DNA from: Cyanophora paradoxa CCMP329 | Taxonomy: Eukaryota; Plantae; Glaucophyta | Direction of reading: 5' to 3' | Length of the DNA: 64,000 nucleotides | Assembly: GCA_004431415.1 (NCBI GenBank) | Contig: QPMI01000420.1 | Span: 62,001 to 126,000 of the forward strand | Shown here: positions 46,959-57,268 of the stretch, piece after piece | How positions within the stretch are numbered: the first letter of the stretch is position 1 | How the letters are laid out: each line of letters starts with the position of its first letter | Program-made: the position numbers and the translations under genes | Notes under the pieces: model-generated | Seen by the model: only the letters and a program-made list of their open reading frames with translations | Told to the model about the DNA's origin: nothing | Databases searched by the model: none

Positions 46959-47615
46959 ATGGACAACGCAATTGAAGGCGACGAACGTCAGCGCCACCGA
47001 TCGATAATGAGCATTCTAAAAGAAGGCAACCCTGTATTCGCTACCTTTCTTGGTCTGAATGATGAACAAATGAATACGATTATCCGTCTTGTTAGTCTGA
47101 TGGATATTCAAAACATACTTTTCTCCGTGATCGGCTATTTTCCTGCAAACCCTAATAGAATGTATGGGAAAATGGTCGACAATCGCTTTTTCTGGTTTAC
47201 GTATCCGGAAATACCGCACGAGGAGAGAAGGGAGTTATTCGAAGAAGACCCCAACGTAATTGCTGCCGATTTTGTGGAAGTGATCGACCCTGTTAAAGTA
47301 TTTGAAGAATCTGGATTAGATGCGAATTCAGGCGATCTTCTATTCGCACTGATTCATGCTCAGGCTCAGAAGTCAGAAAAGAGGCGTGAGCGTGAACGTC
47401 AGGAAGCGATGCGGCGCGTTTATTTAGATGTGCCGCGGAGAGACCTTTCACAGTCCTATCCTAAATTCGAAGCGCATGGATTAACTATTAAATCTCGGGC
47501 GACCTTGCGCAAATTCTTAAAGGAAAACGGGGCATCGTGGGACAAGCATAATGGGTGGTTTACATACGATAGAAACAGCATCGTTGTTAAGATCTTCCGC
47601 CCTGATTTACCGTAA
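46959..47615 (+). CDS. Hypothetical protein
   Basis: 218-aa ORF with upstream AAAATTGA and a 25-bp motif shared with ORF 40000. Confidence 0.7.
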   Translation: MDNAIEGDERQRHRSIMSILKEGNPVFATFLGLNDEQMNTIIRLVSLMDIQNILFSVIGYFPANPNRMYGKMVDNRFFWFTYPEIPHEERRELFEEDPNVIAADFVEVIDPVKVFEESGLDANSGDLLFALIHAQAQKSEKRRERERQEAMRRVYLDVPRRDLSQSYPKFEAHGLTIKSRATLRKFLKENGASWDKHNGWFTYDRNSIVVKIFRPDLP

Positions 47616-47678
47616 ACAAACAATACCTTTTCTTGTCGCCTGCATGTAAAATGTTACATTGATCTTTTTTATTGTCTG

Positions 47679-49121
47679 ATGACAAGGATGTCAAGACCGC
47701 CCATAGTAAGACGATCGCAAGATTTAGATGGGAGCACATTGCCGATCCCCGTGCCGAAAGAGAATAAAGAGAGCCGCATAGTAAAGCGGTCTGATTTAAA
47801 GGCTTTGGTGCCCCGCGACGTGCCCGTAGCCCTTGCTGTCCCGGAGGAATCGAAAATCGCCCGCAAGTTTTACAGTCCGCAAACCGGCTTTAAAGGGATC
47901 ACTAAGCTACGGCAAGAGCTGCCCGACGAGAATTATAAGAAATTGCAAGAGTGGTATAGCCGGCAAGAGGTCGTCCAAATTAATGCGCCGCACCTATCCC
48001 GCAAACGAGACCCGGCTATACCGATCCGACAGCCTCTCGATACCTACGTAATTGATCTGCTATTCTTTCCGGCGTATGCTAAGTATAATGACGGCTACCA
48101 AGCATTTTTGACCGGTATGGAGAACACGTTGCGGGTCGGCTATATTATACCGATGCGGGACAAGTCGGCTGCATCGACCTTAGCCGCCTTTATACAGCTA
48201 CAAAATAAGGCGCCGCGACCAATTTTTAAGATTCAAAGCGACCGCGGCTCAGAATTCACTAATAGCCTGTTAAGAGAATATTTCGAGAATCAGTTTATTG
48301 AGCATCAGATTGCGGACACAGCCGACCATCGCGCGCAAGGGCGCATAGAAGCATTTAACAAGCAAATGCGGCGGCTGATCACGAGCTACTGCATCGCTAA
48401 TAATACGGCGCGATTTATAGATGTCCTTTCGTCTCTGGAATATAATTATAATAATACGGTGCACTCTGCGACCGGCTATATGCCCGCCGAGACCAACGAG
48501 AGTCACTATAAGCTTATAGTGCAAAAAGAAGATGCGAAATTCAAGAAATCGATAGCTTATTTGGATCAGATTCAGCCGGGCATGTCAGTAAGGCTACGGA
48601 TCGAGAAGACGCCGTTCGCTAAGGGCGGTAACAATTGGAGCCGGATCGTCTATACTGTGCAAAAAAGGGATGGTTACAGATTTGCATTGACAGATCCCGA
48701 TGGCAATCGAGTGGAGGGTCGCTTTGCATTTCACGAGCTATTCCCTGTCCAAGCTGTGGATTACCTAATGGCGCCCACAGTAGACGCATTAGAGGCGGCA
48801 AAGGACGAGGCGCGCGTCGATGCGCAATTGCGTAGAGAGGGCATAGAAGCCGCCGCGACTGTGCCGCAAGGCACTCTATTAGAAGATCGAGTGCAAAAAG
48901 AGAAACGCGTAAATAAAGAATTACAGCGGCTAGTAACCGCCGCGGAGCCTAAGCTATCCGGCGGCGTGAATAGCCAACGATGGTATAAGTCGTTCTCTAA
49001 TCAAACTGAGAGCTACAAAGCGCCGGAAACCAAAGCTACATTAAGAAGTAGTAGAAAAGTAGCAACGGTAGCGCCGGTAGCTAATGGCGATCGAAAAGCG
49101 ACTCTGAGACCACGGAAGTAG
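47679..49121 (+). CDS. Retroviral-like (rve, DDE) integrase of Polinton type
   Basis: YVIDL, IQSDRGSEF, GRIEAFNK (D,D,E); YNNTVHSATG; VRL...FAKG...WS...Y. No chromodomain seen. Consistent with the 6-bp TSD. Confidence 0.93.
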   Translation: MTRMSRPPIVRRSQDLDGSTLPIPVPKENKESRIVKRSDLKALVPRDVPVALAVPEESKIARKFYSPQTGFKGITKLRQELPDENYKKLQEWYSRQEVVQINAPHLSRKRDPAIPIRQPLDTYVIDLLFFPAYAKYNDGYQAFLTGMENTLRVGYIIPMRDKSAASTLAAFIQLQNKAPRPIFKIQSDRGSEFTNSLLREYFENQFIEHQIADTADHRAQGRIEAFNKQMRRLITSYCIANNTARFIDVLSSLEYNYNNTVHSATGYMPAETNESHYKLIVQKEDAKFKKSIAYLDQIQPGMSVRLRIEKTPFAKGGNNWSRIVYTVQKRDGYRFALTDPDGNRVEGRFAFHELFPVQAVDYLMAPTVDALEAAKDEARVDAQLRREGIEAAATVPQGTLLEDRVQKEKRVNKELQRLVTAAEPKLSGGVNSQRWYKSFSNQTESYKAPETKATLRSSRKVATVAPVANGDRKATLRPRK

Positions 49122-49810
49122 TAGGCGCCGCGGTGCTTTCGTAGCCGCCAAATCGCGCGCTTTGCGAATCAGACCGCGCCGCTTTGTAATAGCGTAGAAC
49201 TACTCTATACGTGCGCGGATGCAAAGTATGACTAGTGGAGACGCACGGGAACGCGCGCCGGCGCTCAGAATGTAGCGGACACCTCCGTTTTCGGGCACTT
49301 GTGCAGAAATCGAGGTCGGTCTTTGCTCCACGGTAGGCTTAGCTAGTCAAAGCATAACCATCATGCCCGGAATCAAGGTGTGAGCACGTAGCATTTAAGA
49401 ACGCGCCGAGATCGGCTTCCTGTCCAAAGTTATGCCCGGAAAACGGAAGGGGGTCTCCGCGAATTCGCGATCGCGATGTTATGGTAAATATTTGCCGGCG
49501 GATATTATGCTTCTAACTGAGAATTTGCAAGGTATAACAGACCTACTATAAGGTTCAGCCCTACTACAAGGTTCAGCTACAATGGCGCTTTACTAAGGTC
49601 TATTAGTAGCCGGTTCCCTTGCCAAGTCGCCGTGAGGATCGCATTTTTCATAAAAAATGCTTTTACACATAATTTATTGAGCCTATGACACTTATATGGA
49701 CGTGCTAGCCTCGTCAAGACGGTCACGGCGCTATTTTCAGTTTTGCAAGGTGATGACCTGGTGAAGAGAGACAAGCGCTGAACGGTTTGTATGGCGTTTT
49801 CTCCTTTCCG

Positions 49811-49914
49811 GTATCCCCGGTGTCCACAAAATGAGTATCCCCGGTGTCCACAAAATGACCACAAAATGGGTATCCCCGGTGTCCACAAAATGGGTATCCC
49901 CGGTGTCCACAAAA
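49811..49914. repeat. Four tandem ~24-bp repeats GTATCCCCGGTGTCCACAAAATG
   Basis: Directly visible, with one extra partial CCACAAAATG; no unique spacers. Confidence 0.9.
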
Positions 49915-50206
49915 CAGTATCAATGAGGATTTTCACTTGCAATCGGTTCTGATTGGTCAGGAAAGTAAAAATACTACTTTGTGGCATCCTATCATAGATA
50001 TATGTTTTCGGAATCGCCGCGATGTGATGACCCCGAATATGTCGGTGACGCCGGTCTGTATATATGTATATGTCGGAATGTGCGAAAAAAAAGAAAAAAC
50101 AAAAAAGTGAAAGCTGTGCGGGATCACACACATGGAGGTTCAGACATATATACGAAATATATACATGACTGAATTGTTTATTTTTCATAGAACTCGCATG
50201 TTGTTT

Positions 50207-51146
50207 GCATGTATCTTGCATAGTGGGCGGGGCTTTTCAATCCTGAGACTGATAACAATCATAAAACAAGGTGTTACAAGTGAATTTATAGATTCTCAGT
50301 AAGGTGTTACAGGTGTTACAGGTCTATCCCAAAGTTTCCTGTCCCCCACCCCCTCCTAGGGCAAAGTTTGGGATGAACCTGTAACACCTGTAACACTGAC
50401 CTATTTCAGTAAGAACCTATTAAAACAACAAAATATCAGTCTTAATATATCATAGTAATATCATTAGTAATTTTTTTGTATTATAACGATCAATTTCATA
50501 TCGTTTTCAGTGCGAAACTATTCACTATCACATACTCTCGATGCGCGCGAAATGTTTTATGCAGCACACGATAATTGTTTACGTTGTTACAGGTGTTACA
50601 GGTCTTGCCCAAACTCGGGAACCAAGACCCCACTCCTAGGGCGGACTTTGGGATAAACCTGTAACACCTGTAACACTGAATAAGACCAATTAAAAAACAA
50701 AAGAATCAATCATAATATATCATAGGTCTACTTTGTTTTATAGAGAGCCGCATACAGAACGTTCCATGCAGCTCATGGTAGTTGTTTTTGATGAAACGGC
50801 GCGTGATAGTCGTTTATGCATTGAAAATTCAGAACAACACACATATACAACGCCCGGCTTTTAGACTGAGGCAAGTTATAATTAAACTAAGTTGAGTCAC
50901 ACCTATACTATAATGAAACTCACGATATATATAAGTCTACTCATCGAGAATATAGCTAAACTTCACATAAACTATACATATTTCACATATTTTATTAAAA
51001 AGAAGCTATAACTCACGATAAAATAAATACATATCACCGATAAAATACACACATATTCACGATAGATATATTATAAATACAGGTTATATACTAACGATAT
51101 CAATTTAAATTAGCCGAGGTCTAAAAGCCGGGCGTTGTATATGTGT
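50207..51146 (-). repeat. Right terminal inverted repeat (~940 bp), with 91-bp palindromes at 50305-50395 and 50585-50675 and the terminal unit 50839-51146
   Basis: Reverse complement of 23753-24693. Confidence 0.95.
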
Positions 51147-52108
51147 ATCCTTGATCGTGTCGAACGGGTCGGCGGCCTCGCACAAGCCGGCCTGATAGAC
51201 AGCCTCGAGGCCGGCGGCAATGGCAAGCTTGCAAGCTTCATCGTACACCTCGCCGATGTGTTGGTCGATGCCGTACTCCGCCAAGATATTCGGATCGTCA
51301 ACCGTGGACATCACCTGGCCGAATTCGAAGATTTTGGTTTAAATTTGCATGTCACGTTACTCTTGAAATTTTGATTTGTATGCAATTCTCTAAATCTATG
51401 GAACGCACCTGCATGACTTCGCTTGGCTTGGTGACCTCCTTTGTGACGGGGGCCTTGGTCACGGGGTCCTTGACGGTCTTCACGACGTGCTGGTCGAGGA
51501 CCACGCGCTTCTGGGCGTCGCTGAGGCGGTGCACGAAGTTCTCGCCCTTCATGAGGTGGTCTATGCTCGCGGGGTCCGCAAACCGGCGGCGCCACGCTGT
51601 CTCGGGGCTTCCAAGGCTGTCCGGGCTGTCCTCGCTGACCGGCTGCGTGGGAAGGCCGACTGCAACGCTTGTGATGACCACATTCGCCTCTATGAGTTCA
51701 AGTGCACCGAATCGAAGTTAGCGTGGTGCGCAAAATTTTAGGCAGCGCGAACAAGCGTTTTTCGCACTTGGTTCGTCACTCGGCTTCGAAAAGGTGGCGA
51801 AGCCCACCGATGGCGCCGAGAGAGCATAATTCGCGGTACCGGTGGTCTTGAAGGCCCTCAGCAGGAATACGGGCCTGGGCAAACGAGCGCATTCATTGCG
51901 ATCAGTACATAGTATACTCACGCATGTATACGCTGAACAGCGCACTTGCGATCGAACTGCTTGACCGTCGACGTCGCGAACTTCACAGCGACTGCGCGAG
52001 CGCAGGCGATGGTAAGCTTAAGTGTTGGTCATGATGATTATTTGTACATGGTTCACGGCCGCGGCCGCGGGCACGTGCACGCGCTTGTGCACGAAAAGAT
52101 TGCAGCAT
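51147..52108 (-). pseudogene. Beta-ketoacyl synthase, 5' part (probable organellar presequence)
   Basis: Spliced reading MLQSFRAQALAVKFATSTVKQFDRKPVFLLRAFK...NVVITSVAVGLP...ACKLAIAAGLEA...DPFDTIKD. Continues in frame into 23746 once the element and one TSD are removed. Confidence 0.8.
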
Positions 52109-53064
52109 CTTTCTCTCACCAAGATGCGTCATCGTACGAATCGCTGCCCTTGCGCATGCGCCAGCCGCGAGACGGCTGCATTTGCTCGAGAAGGCGACGC
52201 GTTCGAGCTCCATGGCATGCGCACTGGACTTGGAAAATTCGTTGATGTTCAACTATAGCTATAGCTATAGCTAGATCTAGAGCTAGATCGATCTGTCATG
52301 ATCAGCGCGCGAGGCAGCACAGTGCCGCCGCATATATACATATATATACGTATATACCGGTACGGTATACCGCCGCCGGGCCGCGGCGCCGGCCGCGGCC
52401 GGGCGCATGCTAACTTACTAGTCAATTGCAAGTTGCCAAGTTCAAACGGTTGCGCGGCCGGGCCTATATATATATATACGAGGCGCGCGAAAGTAGCGCT
52501 AGCGCTAGCGCATATATATATATATATGCACGTACAGCTAGTGCCGCTGCATATACGTTCGCTACGCGTACGTATCGATCACGGGACGTGTTAATTCACC
52601 AAAAAAATACGTATACATGTATACGTACATACGTATACGTATACGGGAGGTACCCCCCCCCTAAATCGCTGTGGCCCGGCGAGCTCGAGCTCGAGCCCCC
52701 CGAAGGTAGTGGTAATACTGTGGTATACGTAAACTGTACGTAGGCGTAGTTAAATATTAATTGCCGTGAAGTTAATTTGCCGAATTCGCCCCATGCAAAC
52801 CGGATCCGGAATTGAATTGCCGTGGCGATAAAATGCCGGCGCCGAATCGATATCCAGATCGATATCGATATATATCTATGGCGGGCGAAGGGAAATACCT
52901 ACCCCCCATGCACGCAATTGCCGTGATGATAATTTAAATTGCCGAATTCAGCATCTCGGCGCAAATTCCGGCATCTCGGCGCAAATTCTTGGCGCAAATT
53001 CCGGCAAACCACGTCCGTCGATCAGTTAACATGTACAGTACTAGTATAAACGATATCGATAGTA

Positions 53065-53552
53065 CTGTAAACGTAGGATCCCCGGAATCTTCGACAGCGT
53101 CTTTATTTCGTCTATATTCGTCAGCCCTGCACTTTGACGAATATTTGATACTCTTGAACTGAAATTTTTATGGAGAGGGGTACTAACGGCTGACCCTTCT
53201 ATGGCGGAGTCGCGGCACAGCTCGCGAAAAAAAAGGGGTCCTCACATGCAAAGCTAGAGAAATCACAAAATCGTTAGTATCTCGAGACCAACGTTAGTTC
53301 ATGAGCTGAGCTTTGGTAAGATGGTGCACAGCATCATTACGCAACTTTCCTAGGAAGAATTTTTGGATTTGTAGGAGCCAATTTTGCGCAATCCTCGATT
53401 TTCCCTCGCTTCTCCCCCCCCCCTGCCATACAAACCGAGTTGTAGGGACCGACTTTTTTTCGCGAGCTGTGGGGGCTGCAGCTGACGAAAATTTGATGCC
53501 GTCGAACCATATTTTCGTCACTATTTTCGTCACCACATTTCTACGTTTACAG
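53065..53552. mobile_element. TA-flanked MITE-like element containing a nested CAC...GTG MITE (53216-53471)
   Basis: Outer inverted repeat GTACTGTAAACGTAG (53062-53076) / CTACGTTTACAGTAC (53541-53555). Inner TIR CACAGCTCGCGAAAAAAA / TTTTTTTCGCGAGCTGTG flanked by GG. A decayed second left end starts at 54001. Confidence 0.65.
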
Positions 53553-54438
53553 TACGGAACTTGCCAAGTTGCGCATGCATGCGTGCGGTCCAAGACCGTC
53601 CAACGTTTTTTTTTACGTTGACGGTCTTAAGCTTGGACCGCAACGTTTAATTACTTGGTCCGCCGGGCCGCAACGTTTAACTTGGTCGAGAGTCGGTGAC
53701 GGGCGACGTCTTAAATTGGACCGCAAGTTAATTCGAGTTCCGTACTACCGTAAATATAAAACACTTAAGTAATGCGCGGGCACTTATAAGTAATATATAT
53801 TTAATGCGGTCCCGAAATAATGCGTTTTCCGCGCGCGCTGCATGCATGCGCATGGCAAAACGCATTAATTTGGCCGGCCGGGCCGCGGGGCGCATGCATT
53901 ATATAATTAATATCGAATTCGAAGCGCTAAGCCGGCTCTAAGAAAACGCGTACGTATACGGCGGTACTCTAGTATACGTACGCGTATGGCTTCACATGTA
54001 CACAGCTCGCGAAAAAAGGGGTCACAGAGAAATCACAAAATCCTTAATTAAGATCTCCTCACCAATAATAAAACTCGAGCCGAGATTTGGACAGATGGTG
54101 CACAGCATCATTACATGCACAGCTGCAGCTGCAGCATCATAACACAACGTTAACTTTCCTAAGAAGGCTAGCTATAGCTATAGCGCTCTCGCGGCGGGCT
54201 CTGCAACTATCTCAGTATATACGTGTGGCCATGGCTTTCCGGTGCGCATGGCTTTCCGGTGCGCTCGCGCAAAAGGGCATGATGTACATGCCGCAGTGCG
54301 GCAAGCGGATGCATATGGACGCGACTCCGGAGCTCGGGCGCCTTGCAGTTTCGTCAACTGCGCATGCGTATGCGATCGGAAACGCCGGAGCCAATTCCAG
54401 GAGGCGTAGGCCTCGATTTCAGGCCGTCTGCGCATACG

Positions 54439-55979
54439 ATGCGGCACGCGCGTCTTTACAGCACATCTAGATCTGCGCCCCTGGCGGCCTCGGCCATGAA
54501 GCTTAAGGAGGCTCAGTCTGGAGACGCCGCTGGTGTCTGGAGTGCGTAAGCATATGCACGCGCATGCTGCTCATTTACTGCTTTAAGCAATTTTTGCAAG
54601 TTGGGACTGAGCGTCAGCGCGCGGCGCAGCTGCACCTACGTCGGCGCCAGTGCCGCGCGTGGAGCTCAGCATGAAGGGGAAACGCGCCCTCGTGTGCGGA
54701 ATAGCTGACGACCGCTCCATCGCGCTCGCCATTGCGCGACACCTCGCCGCCGCTGGCGCCGACCTCGCCGTCACCTACAAACCGGACTCCAAAGGCAAGC
54801 ACCAGCAAATTTTAAAAATTTGATTACATGGCGAATGCTCAACTGTCACGATTGCTGGGGGTCATGGGGCCAGGGCGCTTCAAGGTGAAGGTGGAAGAGG
54901 CGTGCGCTCGGGCCGGGGTGGAGCCGGAGCTGCTGCTGCCCCTCGACGTCGCCGACGACGCCTCCATCGCCGCCCTCTTCGCAGAGGCGCGTCGCACTGC
55001 GCGCGGCAGCCGGGCCGAATGTCGAATGCAAGCCGCGGCTCGTAATTAATCATCGGCGTCTCGCTGCGGCTCGCATGCGCAGCTGGAGGGGCGCTGGGGC
55101 ACGCTGCACACTCTGGCGCACTCGATCGCGTTCGCGCCCTCCGAAGACCTCGCCGCCGACTTCATCAACGTCTCCCCGAAGGCGCGATCGCGACGCCTCG
55201 GAAATCTTATACGTATACTCCTTGCGTCGATATAAATCCATTCGAATTCCTGACGTCGGCGTGCGCGTGCGCAGGGATGGGAGGTGGCGATGCACGTGTC
55301 GGCCGAGAGCCTGCAGCTCCTCTGCAACCGCGCCCTGCCCCTCTTCAAGGCTGCTGGCGGCGGTGCGGTCGGCTGGCCCCATGCCAGTGGCCCTCGAGCC
55401 CTCCTGCGCCCGCTTATTAAATTGCGATTGTTGATGAGTGGTTACCGCGCAGGGAGCGTGGTGACGATCTCGTACCTCGGTGCGGAGCGCGTCGTTCCCG
55501 GCTACAATCTGATGGGCGTGGCCAAGGCGGCGCTCGAGGCCTCCGTTCGGTACCTCGCCTACGACATGGGGCCATCCAACGTGCGCGTCAACGCTATCTC
55601 CTGCGGGCCCATCAACACCCTCGCCGCCTCCGCTGTTCCAGGCGCGGCTTGCAATTGCAATCACAATTGACGCATGACCAAAGCGATCGCTTCTCGCCTG
55701 CTGATCATGATGAACATCTTCTCATCCCTCGCAGCAATCAAGACTGGCCTACACGACATCTACGTGCAGCGCTCGCCCCTGCACCGCTGCGTAACGCAGG
55801 TGCGCTCTAGATCTGATTTCAATTGCGTTTGGATCAGGAAACAGCCATTCGGCATCACAATGACGGCGGGGCCGCAGGAGGACGTAGGGGGCGTGGCCCT
55901 CTTCCTCGCCCACGAGCTCGGGAGCGGCATCACGGGGCAGACCCTCCACGTCGACGCCGGCTTCAGCATCATGATCTAA
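54439..55979 (+). CDS. fabI: Enoyl-ACP reductase (bacterial FabI type), multi-exon; core starts at 54671, N-terminal extension uncertain
   Basis: [97 protein letters not shown]. Confidence 0.92.
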
Positions 55980-57268
55980 TCCGATGATCCGACGCGGGCT
56001 TGACTGTACATGTGTATTATTTATACATACATATAATCAATCGCGATCAGTTACAGCCTCCCGAGGCCCGGCGGCCTGGCTTTAATTTGGCCCTAACTTA
56101 CATGCGTAGTAGTACAATCAGCAGTAGAGTTACATCAGCCAGCTGCGGTTTCAAGTCCAGTCACCAGCTCCAGTCACAACCCATGATTACATGCATGTAC
56201 ATATATGCATGGAATTTAAAGGTTCTAGGGGCAAACTAGCACGCTGGCGGCCTGTGCTCGCGATCGGGCTCTGATATATATCGATAATGACTGGGTCGGC
56301 CGCCGGATCCAGAATGAAATTAAACGGGGTAGGAAAATTTAAAGCGAGGCCTTGGGGCGCGCGCGGGCCCGGCCCGCGGCGTCGGGTACTGCAAGACAGC
56401 GGGTGATCTTCAAGAAATTTAAAGCGAATGGATCCGGCCCGCGGGGTGACACCGTTGTTAACGTTGAAGTCGGATCAGTCGGTACATTATGCCTCGTACA
56501 TTTCAGGCGGTAGGGTTAGGGTGAGGTTGATCCTTCAAAGGCTTGCAATTCGATTCTTGGGGGTCGCCGAATGTGCAAGAGTCCTTCGGGGGGGGGGGGG
56601 GGGGGGGGGGAGGTTGCACGTGCGCTCAGTGTTTATCACACGGCAATGCAGCACAGGCCAAGCGAACGCACAAGGTGCCCTACGGAGACTCATGACCAGC
56701 GACTTCGTAAAACCGACTTTGAAAAGGCTGCTGCGGCCGGACGGCCGGGCTCGCGTCCCGGCAATCCCGACTCGACTCGGCCGGCTCGGACGCAGATGTA
56801 CAGGCCCTACGGCTAGCTATAGCAGACTACACTGTGACTGGCAGCTGTAGCTAGCGTCTGTATAAAATAGAGATAGATAGATAGAAATACGCAGGCAAAA
56901 GGGCCCTACAAGGGACCTCTGGAGGCGTTTCCCAAATACTCGCACGAGGACTCAGTAGTGACTCTACAGAGCAAAACACACAAGTCCCAGGGGACGAGGG
57001 CCCGCGGGCGCGGCGTCCCCTGGCGCGGGTATAAATATCTTCTCCTTCTTCTGCGACATCCTTATTGAATCTACGATTGTGAAACGGAAACGAGTGAACG
57101 AACGCCGTCCAAAGTATATACAACACTCCGCCCCTCAAAGAACCGCACACTATGCTTCGAAAATCGGACTGGGAGGAATTGAAAAGCGGCGGAAGGATCC
57201 AAAATTGGACGCGCGGGGGAGGAGGAAGGGGGCGCCCGCCCTGCGCCGCGGGCGGGGTACGGCCCCCG

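Larger units (their letters stand above)
23753..51146. mobile_element. Endogenous Polinton-like virus (Maverick/PLV type), 27,394 bp
   Basis: Termini ACACATATAC...GTATATGTGT. TSD ATCCTT at 23747-23752 and 51147-51152. ~940-bp TIRs. Intronless, AT-richer genes for pPolB, rve integrase, A32 ATPase and capsid proteins. Confidence 0.97.

Noticed and set aside
49811-49914. Possible CRISPR-like array
   Set aside because: The repeats are directly tandem with no unique spacers, and there are no cas-like genes.
49577-50221. 214-aa minus-strand ORF beside the right TIR
   Set aside because: It reads through tandem repeats and T-rich low-complexity sequence and has no protein-like features.
23753-51146. 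Classical virophage (Lavidaviridae) or canonical Maverick assignment
   Set aside because: No recognisable cysteine maturation protease, and the MCP is shorter than typical virophage capsids, so PLV is the safer label.
56505-56530. Interstitial telomere-like GTAGGGTTAGGGTGAGG
   Set aside because: Only one exact TTAGGG unit; compatible with chance.
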